From: an uncultured virus (IMG/VR IMGVR_UViG_3300037322_000284)
Lineage: Duplodnaviria; Heunggongvirae; Uroviricota; Caudoviricetes
Virus record (IMG/VR): IMGVR_UViG_3300037322_000284
Direction: 5' to 3' (one strand)
Length of the DNA: 64,000 nucleotides
The notes under the pieces are model-generated. The model ran no database searches and was not told where the DNA came from. It saw only the letters and a list, made by a program, of their open reading frames with translations. This document shows, piece by piece, positions 8,753 through 19,001 of this stretch (its first letter is position 1; each line of letters begins with the position of its first letter). The translations under genes were made by a program, and so were the position numbers.

Positions 8753-10117
8753 ATGAAAACAGTGAAATTTTACACCCCGACGTTATTATCACAACTTGAT
8801 TTATTTAGTATGGGAGGGTCTGATAAAGTAGATGATGATTCCTCTATAGGGATGTACAATTCTGGATTGAAGTTTTCTATGGCTTTAGCTATTAGAAATA
8901 ACATAGATTTGTGTATAAAAGTGATAGATAATGTTTACATTGATAGCTTTGATAGAGATAGGGAAACACTCTACTCTATACAGAGTTATGATGAAGTGTG
9001 TGAACAAACTGGTAAAGAAAAACAACTTATTGAAATAAATAAGGATGTACACTTAGAAAGTTTCTTTTCTGCGCATTGTGAAGATTTAGGAGGAGGAGAC
9101 CTAGAAACAGAAGTAATTAAAACAGGATATTCTACTAAATTAGGGGTCGATTGGAGCTTATGGATGCTACTTAGAGAACTGTACTCTAATATGGTAGACG
9201 AAAATGGTTTTTATTCTGAAGATGGAGGAAAGCCAAGTAGTTTTAAAAGTGGAACTATAGTCAGCCTTAGATTTGAAGACGATAATAAGTTTGCAGAAAT
9301 TTGGAATAACAGGCACTTATACATTAATGAAAAAACTCCACTATTTAAATTATCTCATAGTGTAGATGTTTTACATAATGAGGAAAGATATATTAGGATT
9401 TACAAGCAGAATATCTTAGTGTTTGAAGATAAAGATACACCTAGTTTATATGCATATAATATTAAATTTGGAAATATTGATGAGAGAAGGATATTGTCTG
9501 ATGTATCCTCAGTAAAGACAAGTATTGCTAACTATATTAAAGATACTGATAATGAAGACTTTCTAAGAACTATCATAACTAAAGATTTTAATACTCTAGA
9601 TAAAGATTTTTTAGATTCGAATGTATATATCTATGGTCAGTCTGGTGATGTTGTAAATAAAATAGCTACAGAAGTTTATGAAGAGTTTGGTGAAGTTAGC
9701 ACCTATGGTTGGTTATTAAGTTCTGTAAAAGAAAGGGGCGATTGTAAAATAGCAGGTAAAATTATTAAATCTGTATCTGACAGTATCTGGAGTTATTCTA
9801 AGAATGTAACTGTAGAGAGTATACCTGAAAGTTATTCAGAACCTAACATTATTGTTGAAGAAGTGGAATACATTTCTAGTTTTTCGGCAGAAATAAAAAA
9901 ACACTATAATTTTGAACTAGATGTGGAAGTAAAAATAGCTAAACTTAGAGGTAAAAGGGTTATTTGTGATAAGTTTGAAAAATGTTTAATAATAGATGAA
10001 CAATTTAAAGTAGAGAACGACTTCTCGGATTTTATAGTAGAGTATCTAGATCTAACCCAAAAGGGGAATGTCGTAGACAACTTAGCTAAATATATTTGTA
10101 AAGTCTTAAAGAAATAA
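8753..10117 (+). CDS. Protein with GHKL/HATPase-like motifs
   Basis: MGGSDK...IGMYNSGLKFS and LRELYSNMVDE. Confidence 0.55.
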   Translation: MKTVKFYTPTLLSQLDLFSMGGSDKVDDDSSIGMYNSGLKFSMALAIRNNIDLCIKVIDNVYIDSFDRDRETLYSIQSYDEVCEQTGKEKQLIEINKDVHLESFFSAHCEDLGGGDLETEVIKTGYSTKLGVDWSLWMLLRELYSNMVDENGFYSEDGGKPSSFKSGTIVSLRFEDDNKFAEIWNNRHLYINEKTPLFKLSHSVDVLHNEERYIRIYKQNILVFEDKDTPSLYAYNIKFGNIDERRILSDVSSVKTSIANYIKDTDNEDFLRTIITKDFNTLDKDFLDSNVYIYGQSGDVVNKIATEVYEEFGEVSTYGWLLSSVKERGDCKIAGKIIKSVSDSIWSYSKNVTVESIPESYSEPNIIVEEVEYISSFSAEIKKHYNFELDVEVKIAKLRGKRVICDKFEKCLIIDEQFKVENDFSDFIVEYLDLTQKGNVVDNLAKYICKVLKK

Positions 10118-10119
10118 TT

Positions 10120-10365
10120 ATGAACAGTGAAGAAATTTTTAAAGTGGTAGAGAAGTTATGTGGCTCGATTGAACCAGTAGCAGACGCATCTATAGACACT
10201 CGAAAGTTGAATAATATTATTGAGTATATTGATGTAATGGAAAAGATGTACTATGAAATTGCTTGTATAGCAAACAGACATAAAGATAGCCCATACGGTA
10301 CTCAAAAGGAAATAGGTATGTATTGTCACAATCATTTAAAGAAGTTGGAGTATAAAGATCAATAA
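10120..10365 (+). CDS. hypothetical protein
   Basis: 81-aa ORF in operon. Confidence 0.7.
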   Translation: MNSEEIFKVVEKLCGSIEPVADASIDTRKLNNIIEYIDVMEKMYYEIACIANRHKDSPYGTQKEIGMYCHNHLKKLEYKDQ

Positions 10366-10382
10366 CTTAAATAAATATAATT

Positions 10383-10736
10383 TTGAAATATCAAGAATTA
10401 GAAGTAAAAGTATTAGATTGGGCACACGATAAGGGGATTTTAGATAAAGCAACACCTTTAGCTCAAGCAAAAAAGACAAAAGAAGAAGTAAACGAATTAT
10501 TAGAAGCTTGTGTCGCACAACAAAATGGGCAAAAAACATTTACAAACTTTAAGGGTAAATTAGTTAACACGCAAGAAGAAGTTGAAGATGCACTTGGAGA
10601 CATTTTTGTTACGATTATTATTGGGGCGGAACTTCAAGGTGTTAGTTTAGAAAATTGTTTAGAGAAAGCATATAATGTAATCTCTAAACGCACGGGGGTT
10701 ATGAGAGATGGGCAGTTTGTAAAAAATGTAAAATAA
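10383..10736 (+). CDS. MazG-like nucleotide pyrophosphohydrolase
   Basis: WAHDKGI, KTKEEVNEL, DALGDIFVT, AYNVISKRTG...FVK. Confidence 0.88.
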   Translation: MKYQELEVKVLDWAHDKGILDKATPLAQAKKTKEEVNELLEACVAQQNGQKTFTNFKGKLVNTQEEVEDALGDIFVTIIIGAELQGVSLENCLEKAYNVISKRTGVMRDGQFVKNVK

Positions 10737-10751
10737 ATAAAAACAGAAAAA

Positions 10752-11048
10752 ATGAAATATTTATTATTGTTACTATCAACAGCATCATTTGCACAGGTAG
10801 AAGAAAAAAGAATAGAAATATACAGTTATGTCAATGGTATTCGTAGTATTAACCCAACAGAAGTCATAATTAAAAAAGATGATAAGGTAGATATTTATAA
10901 GGTGAATAGAGGAATTCAAAATATAACACCATATAGAACTATAAATAGTCAAGGTTATATTTTTAATGTTGATAAAATAGGCATTGTTGAGACAATACCT
11001 ATTAGTAAAATAGAAGTGGTAGAACCTTTATTTAAAATAGAGGATTAA
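10752..11048 (+). CDS. Secreted protein with Bacteroidota-type signal peptide
   Basis: MKYLLLLLSTASFA/Q signal peptide; short internal repeats (NGIRSINP/RGIQNITP). Confidence 0.65.
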   Translation: MKYLLLLLSTASFAQVEEKRIEIYSYVNGIRSINPTEVIIKKDDKVDIYKVNRGIQNITPYRTINSQGYIFNVDKIGIVETIPISKIEVVEPLFKIED

Positions 11049-11156
11049 ATTTTCGCAAAAGATGAAAATAACAGAGAACTTTAAATTTAGAATAACTATC
11101 TTTGCATTAATAGCTTTGATGGTTTTTGAGTGGGTACTACTAATTAAATTTTTACA

Positions 11157-11720
11157 ATGGCTTTTTTAAATTTAGAAGTTTATAAGAACAGTGGTTTACA
11201 AGGAGATGATTTAGTCTATCTTTTTTCGGCAAAACAAGTTGAAAAAGACAGGCTAGAGACCATTCCAGAAGACGTTTACAACCGTTTACAGGCACTATCC
11301 CTAATTAAACACATCAATGCTCCAAAGAAAGATAATCATCTTCATAGTGTTAGATTGTCGGAGAAGGGGTTAAGATTATTTAAAGAGCTATGTGAAGCAC
11401 CAATTTTAGAGGAGGATAAAACTGTTGGAGAGTGGTTGTGCAATTATTACATTAAGGCGGGTAAAACTATAGGCAATAAGAAAAAGCTATTTCGCCATAT
11501 TAAAGATTTTAGAGTAAAATCAGGCATCCAGAAAAATAATTTAATAAAATTGTGCACCGCCTTTTTACGTGAAAATGAAGATAAGAGTAACAAACTTGAA
11601 TTTGTATTTTTCCACCCCAAAAATATATTTGAGGTAAAGTTAGATTTAGATGGTAGTTGGCTATATCAATTTTACTCTGAGAATAAAAAAGAATTGGAGG
11701 AAAACTTTGAAGAATACTAG
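11157..11720 (+). CDS. hypothetical protein, possible replication-associated wHTH protein
   Basis: Directly upstream of helicase; LQALSLIK...RLSEKG wing-like motif. Confidence 0.5.
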   Translation: MAFLNLEVYKNSGLQGDDLVYLFSAKQVEKDRLETIPEDVYNRLQALSLIKHINAPKKDNHLHSVRLSEKGLRLFKELCEAPILEEDKTVGEWLCNYYIKAGKTIGNKKKLFRHIKDFRVKSGIQKNNLIKLCTAFLRENEDKSNKLEFVFFHPKNIFEVKLDLDGSWLYQFYSENKKELEENFEEY

Positions 11721-11743
11721 AGTAAAACAACTAAAATATAAAG

Positions 11744-12823
11744 ATGGCATTATATAAATCAACAGATTTAACGGATAAAACAGTAAAAATAATAGCGGAC
11801 TTTCAATCAGGAAAGGTTAAACCAATAACTACGGGAATTTCACATTTTGATTTGGCTTGTGGTAAGGGTTTAACACCTTCTTTAATATGTGGCATCACTG
11901 CTAGGAGTTTCAGTGGTAAAACTTATGACTTGGAAAGAATACAGTCGCATATTCGAGAACATCACCCTGACGTTATCCAACTACATGCTAACTGGGAGTT
12001 AAACTTCTTTAAAATTTTATTACGTGATATTTCTCAAAAAACAGGTAAGACACAATCTGAGATTCTATATAATAGCCCTACAACCGAGGATTTAATAGAA
12101 TTAGGTAAAGTATGTGATTTACACAGAAATGACAATATATACTATCAAAATGAGCCTGTTTCCCCAGAACAATTTTTTATTGATGTCAAAGAGTTAATAG
12201 ATAAACACCCTAATGAAAGACTTTTAGTTACAGTTGATAATCTCGAGAATGTTTTAGATACTAAAAATAATCAAAAATCATCTATTGATGCATTCTTAAC
12301 ACAGGTTAACAGGTTGAAAGATATGCATTGGTTTATCAGTTTTGTAATACTGAATCAACTTAATGATAATATTTTAAGTCGTATAGATAATCCCAAAATG
12401 CACAAACCAAAAGAAAATGATATTTATTCTAGTGGACAATTCTATAAACTCTGTGATGTAGTATATGTAAAAGTACTTCCTTGGCGTTTACATATAACAG
12501 ACAAGTTTATGGTATTCGGCAAAGAAGCTTATAGTTGGTTAGAAGAATTTAAGATATTTGGTAATGGTAACACTGCAAGTTTTGAACCAAACGGAGTAGC
12601 TTACTACTTTTACCTTAAAAGAAGAGGTAGTGATATTAAAGACACAAAAGATATTTTTGCCGAGAGAATATTTCAAGTAGAAAAAAACGATAGTGTTTTA
12701 TCAACACCAAATTTTAGTGCGCCTGTATTTACACCAACAGTAGACCTTACAAAACATCAACCGAGTTTTGCAAGTTTGAATAATGCATTTGCTCCACCTA
12801 ATGTTAATGATGAGCCATTTTAA
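11744..12823 (+). CDS. DnaB-like (SF4) replicative helicase
   Basis: ITTGISHFD, Walker A ARSFSGKT, Walker B VTVD, ILNQLN, CDVV. Confidence 0.8.
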   Translation: MALYKSTDLTDKTVKIIADFQSGKVKPITTGISHFDLACGKGLTPSLICGITARSFSGKTYDLERIQSHIREHHPDVIQLHANWELNFFKILLRDISQKTGKTQSEILYNSPTTEDLIELGKVCDLHRNDNIYYQNEPVSPEQFFIDVKELIDKHPNERLLVTVDNLENVLDTKNNQKSSIDAFLTQVNRLKDMHWFISFVILNQLNDNILSRIDNPKMHKPKENDIYSSGQFYKLCDVVYVKVLPWRLHITDKFMVFGKEAYSWLEEFKIFGNGNTASFEPNGVAYYFYLKRRGSDIKDTKDIFAERIFQVEKNDSVLSTPNFSAPVFTPTVDLTKHQPSFASLNNAFAPPNVNDEPF

Positions 12824-12854
12824 TCGCATATCGCAATTTAGAATAAGTATAAAC

Positions 12855-12890
12855 AAAGCCATTGAAGTAATATTCTTTGGCTTTTATTTT
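12855..12890 (+). terminator. Putative intrinsic terminator
   Basis: AAAGCCA...TGGCTTT followed by T-rich run. Confidence 0.5.
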
Positions 12891-13080
12891 TTTATACCGT
12901 TTTTTCGGCGTAGATTTGTCTCAACAAAAAAGATAACATTATGCAAACAACAAGAGAAATAGCGGTAAGGACATACAACGAGTTGATTAAAACTAATAAT
13001 ATGTTTAATACACCAATTATTTGGGTGGCTTGGAAGAGGGCTTTCGATTCCGCAGAAAGAGAATTTAAAAAACAGAAACC

Positions 13081-13335
13081 ATGAAAGATAAACAAATAAC
13101 AAAACCACAGTACAAAATAGAGATAGAGTTTATATCAAATTTTATATTTTTAAAGAGGAAGAAATATTGCATTTATAAATATTGTAAAGTGCAGAAATTT
13201 TCAGACCCAAGTTACGGAAATGGTGGAGGAAGTTATAACCCTACAGTAGAGCAAAAAAGATTAATAACTTACTTTGATACGTTCATGGAGGCAGATAGTT
13301 TAAAAATAGAAATGGAAAAATATGAAAAAATATAA
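13081..13335 (+). CDS. hypothetical protein
   Basis: 84-aa ORF overlapping neighbours. Confidence 0.6.
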   Translation: MKDKQITKPQYKIEIEFISNFIFLKRKKYCIYKYCKVQKFSDPSYGNGGGSYNPTVEQKRLITYFDTFMEADSLKIEMEKYEKI

Positions 13336-13771
13336 ATTATTACAGTGGTATCCACCTTTAGGTGATCTACTAAAAGTAGGAGATATAATAAGTTCCTCTC
13401 TAGTGAAGGAAAGTTACTCTGCTTATTGCGGGCTATTTAAATTGGGTATTGAGGAAGTAGAAAACAATCCACTATTTTGGGAGTTGCAAGCGGAGTTCCT
13501 ATTCACTTCAGAAGAAGGCTTACCTGTTTTTAAAGGAGACTGTGTATGGGTTCCTAGAACACATAATGGTAGTATTATTAGGTTTGATGCAGAATACACT
13601 TCTAATATTGAAGGATTTAAGTATTTCGCCAAAAAAGAAAATGCAGAAAAGTTTTTAGAAAAGTTTAACAGAGCTTATTCGTTAGATGAAATAGTAAAAG
13701 CAGTAAATAACTGGAGTATGTGTGGAGTCGAGAAAGAGTGTATAATTAATTTTTTAAACGATGAAAACTAA
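13322..13771 (+). CDS. hypothetical protein sharing a module with 27677..28615
   Basis: LFTSEEG..FKGD.V...KYFAKKENAEKFL. Confidence 0.7.
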   Translation: MKKYKLLQWYPPLGDLLKVGDIISSSLVKESYSAYCGLFKLGIEEVENNPLFWELQAEFLFTSEEGLPVFKGDCVWVPRTHNGSIIRFDAEYTSNIEGFKYFAKKENAEKFLEKFNRAYSLDEIVKAVNNWSMCGVEKECIINFLNDEN

Positions 13772-14060
13772 ATTACTAAAAATAGTTAGAAATAGATATT
13801 CTATTAACTACTATCCTAAAGGAAGGTATATTTCTACTAAATTTGTAAACAAACCTATGATGTTTTTAACAGATAAACAAGATAGTTGGAAAGCTTTATA
13901 TTTAGACATAGACGACACATTATCTAAAGATCAGGCTTACACTCTATTGCTAACTTCACTATTGGAAATAATAAGAAGAGAGTATAAACATTGTGGAACT
14001 CGCCGAAATAAAATTAGAAGAAAAGCAACAGACAACGGTATAAAACTTTGGTGGAAATAA
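13761..14060 (+). CDS. hypothetical protein
   Basis: 99-aa ORF overlapping upstream gene. Confidence 0.65.
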   Translation: MKTKLLKIVRNRYSINYYPKGRYISTKFVNKPMMFLTDKQDSWKALYLDIDDTLSKDQAYTLLLTSLLEIIRREYKHCGTRRNKIRRKATDNGIKLWWK

Positions 14061-14077
14061 TTAAATAATTTTTAAAA

Positions 14078-15010
14078 ATGATAGTAAAAGGATATATAAT
14101 AAAAGACAGTAATACTAAAATAATTGTATTGAACAGCAGAACACTTCTAAAAAATAAAAAGACAGGGTTTAGCTTTGAAGCAAGCGGGGAATTTCAAGTG
14201 GATGATTTTAATGATTTAGTTAAATTAGTGTCTACTACAAGGATTAAAAGTATTATCCACAAAGAAACACAGGAAAGAATAAATGAGTTGGAATATTTAG
14301 ATTTGGAAAAAGAGCTTTTAGCCAACCGCATTTATGACCAGGAAGAGTATGAACACCGTTGGAAATCTCTTGATGATGAGTTTAATTATAGGAAGTTTAT
14401 AGCTTCTTACAATAAAGAGAATGAGACGGTATACTTAGAGGAGGAGGTAATAGTAGATGAATTAACTTCTTTAGTTATGAAAATAAACCATCCCTTTATA
14501 CAGTCAAAATTTTATCAAACGGGAGAGGCGACAAATATTTGTGTGTACAATAAACCTCAAGCTTACTTAGGTATCGTGCAAGAGAAAATGAAAGAAATTG
14601 GAGCAGAGTTTTTAGGTGACACAGACAAGACAGTAGGCAAATTATCGTGGAGTAATTCTACACACTCGTGTATCAGATTCGCTAAATTTTCAGGAGATTA
14701 TTTATTTAATGATGGTTATGATGTAAAATCTAAAAGGACAGGCACACTTGAAGTGTTAGAGAAAGAGTACGAAGAGGATAGAAGTAGAATTAGAAAAGTG
14801 ATACACGATAGATTTTTGTTGAAGTTTGGGAGGTTTGACGAGCAAAAAACACCAAGAATTTTAGAAGCAATTGGAAAATTAAATGCAAGCTTAAGTTCTA
14901 TTAGTTCGATAATTCCAACTAAAAAGACTTATGACGACAAATTAAGGTCGTCTAAATATGTTAGAGAAGCTTTAGAGTTATTGAATAACAGTTTTACTCT
15001 TGAAAAATGA
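14078..15010 (+). CDS. hypothetical protein
   Basis: 310-aa ORF. Confidence 0.8.
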   Translation: MIVKGYIIKDSNTKIIVLNSRTLLKNKKTGFSFEASGEFQVDDFNDLVKLVSTTRIKSIIHKETQERINELEYLDLEKELLANRIYDQEEYEHRWKSLDDEFNYRKFIASYNKENETVYLEEEVIVDELTSLVMKINHPFIQSKFYQTGEATNICVYNKPQAYLGIVQEKMKEIGAEFLGDTDKTVGKLSWSNSTHSCIRFAKFSGDYLFNDGYDVKSKRTGTLEVLEKEYEEDRSRIRKVIHDRFLLKFGRFDEQKTPRILEAIGKLNASLSSISSIIPTKKTYDDKLRSSKYVREALELLNNSFTLEK

Positions 15011-15198
15011 GAATACTAAAAATAAACAGTTTAGCAGTTACTTTAGGTGTAAAATACAACTACAAAGGCGAGAGTTACACAGTGATTACGGCGCAAAAAA
15101 GAGATAAAACAACAGAATTAGTGTTAAAAGACAGTAAAGGCTTGTTTAGTATAATAAAAGAATCTAACTTTGAAAAATGGTTTAAAATAGAAAAATAA
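15007..15198 (+). CDS. hypothetical protein
   Basis: ATGA overlap with upstream gene. Confidence 0.6.
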   Translation: MRILKINSLAVTLGVKYNYKGESYTVITAQKRDKTTELVLKDSKGLFSIIKESNFEKWFKIEK

Positions 15199-15199
15199 A

Positions 15200-15562
15200 A
15201 TGGAAATAGTATATATGTATGACGATATTTGGGAAGCAGACCTACAAGAGTTAATAGACAGATTAGTAGAAAAAGATTTCAGCAAAGAAGATTTAATAGG
15301 TCTTAAAGTAGAAGTTTGTGAGGCAGAGCCGTTCTGTAACTCAAAACTGGATTACGAAGATTTTAGAGATTTTTTAAACATAAAGTTTGAAGATAGGACG
15401 GATGAAGAAGGAAATGCTCTTGATAAAATGGAGCAAGTGTTTAAAAGATGTGTTGACTTTGATAAACTAAATGCAGAGTTAAGTAAGATTGAACTGTACT
15501 ATCCATCAGGCAAAACATATGAGATAGTGGAGAGTGATTTAGAAGGTGTAGAATTTTATTAA
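15200..15562 (+). CDS. acidic hypothetical protein
   Basis: 120 aa, D/E-rich. Confidence 0.7.
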   Translation: MEIVYMYDDIWEADLQELIDRLVEKDFSKEDLIGLKVEVCEAEPFCNSKLDYEDFRDFLNIKFEDRTDEEGNALDKMEQVFKRCVDFDKLNAELSKIELYYPSGKTYEIVESDLEGVEFY

Positions 15563-15586
15563 AAAACAAAATAAAAACATTAAATT

Positions 15587-17590
15587 ATGAACTTAGATAA
15601 AGTTTTTGTGTCAGATATTGAAAGTATTGGGTATTTAGATGAGTTAAAATCATTTGAAGACTTACACGTACTATCTTGCTGCTATCTAAATTCTGAGGGT
15701 AAATGGGATATAAAATCCACTAAAGAAAAATCTGCAATACAGACATTACTAGGCAACCCAAACAATACAGTGTTATTTCATAATGGAGTTTGCTATGATA
15801 AACCAGCATTAGAAATAATGGGAATAAAGTTTAAAGCCGAAATTATTGACACTTTAGTTTTAAGTCAATATTTATATAGTGAAAGAGATAAACACGGTTT
15901 AGAATCTTGGGGTGATTTTTTTAATGTACCCAAGCCAAAAATTACGGACTGGAAAAATTTAAGCTATGATGAATATCGAGTTAGGTGTGAGGAGGATTGT
16001 AAAATCAATACAAATCTTTGGGTAATGATACTTACCTATCTCAGAGAGTTGTATGAAACAGATGAGGAAATTATAAACTTGATTAAATACCTCAATCATA
16101 AAGCCTATATGCTCCATTTGCAAGATAGAAATCCTATTCTAATAGATGTGCCTCAATGTGAAAAAAACTTAGCTTATTTAGAGAGTATTATAAAAGAAAA
16201 AGAAGATGAGTTAAATAGTATAATGCCTAAAACACCAATTAAATCTAAAAGAATAAAACCTAAAAAACTATATAATAAAGACGGTTCTTTATCAGAAGTA
16301 GCGAAAAAATGGAAAATGATAACTGATAAGATAAATCAACCTATTGAATACGATGGTAAAGTTGAAGTTATAACTGGATGGGTTGAGCCTAACTGCCAAT
16401 CTAGTACACAAATGAAACGGTTTTTACTCGATAGTGGCTGGATACCAACTATGTTTAAAGATGGGGCTAATGGAAAAGTTGCACAATTAAGAGATGATGA
16501 TAAAAATTTATGCCCTAATATTGAAAAACTAATAGAGCAGAAACCACAATTAGAATCTCTTAATGGACTTAGTAGGGCACAACATAGGGCAGGCTATTTA
16601 AAATCTATGTTAAAACATGTTGATGAAAACGGGTATGCAAAAGCTTGGGCTCATGCCTTTACTCGAACGTTACGTTTGAAGCATGTAGCTCCATTTGTAA
16701 ATTTACCTAAGCCTAATACACAATATGGTGAATTAGTTAGGAGCGTTATGATTGCACCCAAAGGTTATGTTTGTTTTGGAGCAGATCTAAGTAGTATTGA
16801 AGATAAGTGTAAACAGATTTCAATATTCCAATTAGATAGACCTTATGTAGAATCTATGAATTCTAAAGGATGGGACGCACACCTGACACTTGGATTAAAG
16901 GCGGGGATGTTTACAGAAGATGAAGTGCAATTTTATAAATGGTATAATAATAAAGAAAAAGAAGAAAATATATATACTTGCCCCGATTCTTTAATAGACC
17001 TTACGGAGGAAGATATGTTAGAAACTTTTCACGTATTAAGTAAGAAAAGAAGTACAAGTAAGACTGCAAATTATGCCTTGACATACGGTTGTGGTGTTGC
17101 TAAACTTATGGAATCTACTGAATTACCTAGAAAAGATGCAGAAAAATTACACAAGGGATACCATGATATAAATTGGAGCGTTAAGAAATTTGCAGAAACA
17201 AGAATAGTAAAAACAATAATTGGTAAAAATTGGTTAAGAGTTGACAAAAAGGCGGGTGGTTTGATAGAAGTAAATGAAACTAAGTGGATTTGGAATGAGT
17301 ATAGTAAACTATGGCTTTTCTTAAAAAACGATAAAGACCGTTTCGCTGCATGTAATTCTAATTTTGGAGTTAAAGTTTTTGATGTATGGAGTTGGTTCTT
17401 GATTCAAGGTGGTATAAAGTTTTCATACCAAGCTCACGACGAACAGTTTTGGTATTGCCCTGAGAGTGAGGTAGATAATCATATAAAAATTATAGAATTT
17501 GCAATTAAAAAAACTAATGATGTATTTAATCCCCCTATACCTTTAGAATGTGATTATAAGATTGGTGAAAATTATTCGAAAGTACACTAG
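15587..17590 (+). CDS. DNA polymerase family A with 3'-5' exonuclease
   Basis: ExoI DIES, ExoII HNGVCYD, ExoIII RCEED; motif A GADLSSIE, motif B R...KTANYALTYG, motif C AHDE. Confidence 0.93.
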   Translation: MNLDKVFVSDIESIGYLDELKSFEDLHVLSCCYLNSEGKWDIKSTKEKSAIQTLLGNPNNTVLFHNGVCYDKPALEIMGIKFKAEIIDTLVLSQYLYSERDKHGLESWGDFFNVPKPKITDWKNLSYDEYRVRCEEDCKINTNLWVMILTYLRELYETDEEIINLIKYLNHKAYMLHLQDRNPILIDVPQCEKNLAYLESIIKEKEDELNSIMPKTPIKSKRIKPKKLYNKDGSLSEVAKKWKMITDKINQPIEYDGKVEVITGWVEPNCQSSTQMKRFLLDSGWIPTMFKDGANGKVAQLRDDDKNLCPNIEKLIEQKPQLESLNGLSRAQHRAGYLKSMLKHVDENGYAKAWAHAFTRTLRLKHVAPFVNLPKPNTQYGELVRSVMIAPKGYVCFGADLSSIEDKCKQISIFQLDRPYVESMNSKGWDAHLTLGLKAGMFTEDEVQFYKWYNNKEKEENIYTCPDSLIDLTEEDMLETFHVLSKKRSTSKTANYALTYGCGVAKLMESTELPRKDAEKLHKGYHDINWSVKKFAETRIVKTIIGKNWLRVDKKAGGLIEVNETKWIWNEYSKLWLFLKNDKDRFAACNSNFGVKVFDVWSWFLIQGGIKFSYQAHDEQFWYCPESEVDNHIKIIEFAIKKTNDVFNPPIPLECDYKIGENYSKVH

Positions 17591-17741
17591 AAAATTATGA
17601 ACAGTTGCTATTTAGAAACCGTATAAATAGCAATCTCTTTTACTTTTTCTATTGTGAGCTTAGGATTAATTGTTATCTTTGTATAAAATAAATCTGTTTT
17701 TTACCTTTTTTCGGCGAAAATTAACAATAAAAATAATAATT

Positions 17742-18005
17742 ATGTCAGGACACTTAACAAGAGAAGAAAAAGACCATTGGAAAGAATCAGTTATAAACTC
17801 AAGGTTTGAGGATTTTAAAGAATTGAAAGGTTGGTTAATATTAAAAAATATTAATTTTAGTGAAAATAATTTTGGAATTGAATTACAAGATTTTAATATT
17901 AGTAACACTTTAAAAATAAAATTTCCAAATACGAGAAAAGAGTATCAATACAACATTGATGGTATAAAAGAAAGATTAAAAAATAATTATGAAAATAGAA
18001 TTTAA
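17742..18005 (+). CDS. hypothetical protein
   Basis: Probable start MSGHL after promoter 17674. Confidence 0.6.
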   Translation: MSGHLTREEKDHWKESVINSRFEDFKELKGWLILKNINFSENNFGIELQDFNISNTLKIKFPNTRKEYQYNIDGIKERLKNNYENRI

Positions 18006-18252
18006 CAATGCTGAAAACGAGGCATCGAACAAAACCATTGTTATGATGCGTAATTTTATGAAAACATCAAGGCATATCGTAAATATTGACGGAGGTAGAA
18101 CTGCTTACATAAACGGTTATTTTGAGTTTAGAAGTTACTTTAAAAAAAGTAAATCTACTTATTATCGATGGATTAAAGAATTAGAAAAAATAGATGAAGA
18201 TTTTTGGTTCGACAGACGAGTTTCTGGACTTCTATTTTACTATGTATCATAA
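17989..18252 (+). CDS. hypothetical protein, probable fixed (domesticated) gene cassette
   Basis: Core bracketed by GTTATGATGCGTA (18040) and TATGTATCATAAT (ends 18253). Confidence 0.55.
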   Translation: MKIEFNNAENEASNKTIVMMRNFMKTSRHIVNIDGGRTAYINGYFEFRSYFKKSKSTYYRWIKELEKIDEDFWFDRRVSGLLFYYVS

Positions 18253-18464
18253 TGTACCGCCACTTTACTAACTGCTATATGTAAACAACAATACAATTTA
18301 AAACTATGACAACATTAATAATACTTATTCTCATACTGGTTGTGGAGAATAGATTTAGCCCCAGACTTTCTTACGTAAAAGCTTCTAATATGCTCTTACT
18401 TTACTACACACATGGCACAACAAGAAAATATTTAATTCTCTGGAAAGAGACAAAATTTTAAAAA

Positions 18465-19001
18465 ATGAAAAAGATATATAAATACTTAATTGCATTCTTA
18501 ATACTCTCATTAATTTTAACTCTAATTTTAATAGACAGTAAGGAAGTTAACTTTAACCATATTCTCTTATCTAAGAACAACACGGTTTATAATATAACTA
18601 AGAAACCATATCTAGATACTATAGTAAAAACTGCTTTAGACATTGAAAATGTAAAAGGTGTTACTGTTGTCATCCAGGTTTTGACTAACTTAAAGCAGGA
18701 AAGTTTAGGGAGAGAGTTAGAAATTAAAGCGTCAATATACGGAGAGGGCAGCACTTACATATTAAGGATGAATGATAATGTTGATAAAAGAGAAGCTATT
18801 TTAGTCGTTGCGCACGAAATTATACACTTAAGACAATATTACTCAAAAAAGTTAGCAATTAGTCAAGGATATGTATTTTGGGATGGGGTTATTGTGGATC
18901 ACAAAAATATTAACTATGAAGAAAGACCTTGGGAAATGGAAGCTTTTAGTAAACAAGAGGGATTAAAAAATAAGATTGAAAAAATACTATTGAAATTTTG
19001 A
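18465..19001 (+). CDS. Membrane-anchored zincin metallopeptidase
   Basis: N-terminal TM helix; AHEIIHLRQ and YEERPWEMEAF. Confidence 0.8.
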   Translation: MKKIYKYLIAFLILSLILTLILIDSKEVNFNHILLSKNNTVYNITKKPYLDTIVKTALDIENVKGVTVVIQVLTNLKQESLGRELEIKASIYGEGSTYILRMNDNVDKREAILVVAHEIIHLRQYYSKKLAISQGYVFWDGVIVDHKNINYEERPWEMEAFSKQEGLKNKIEKILLKF

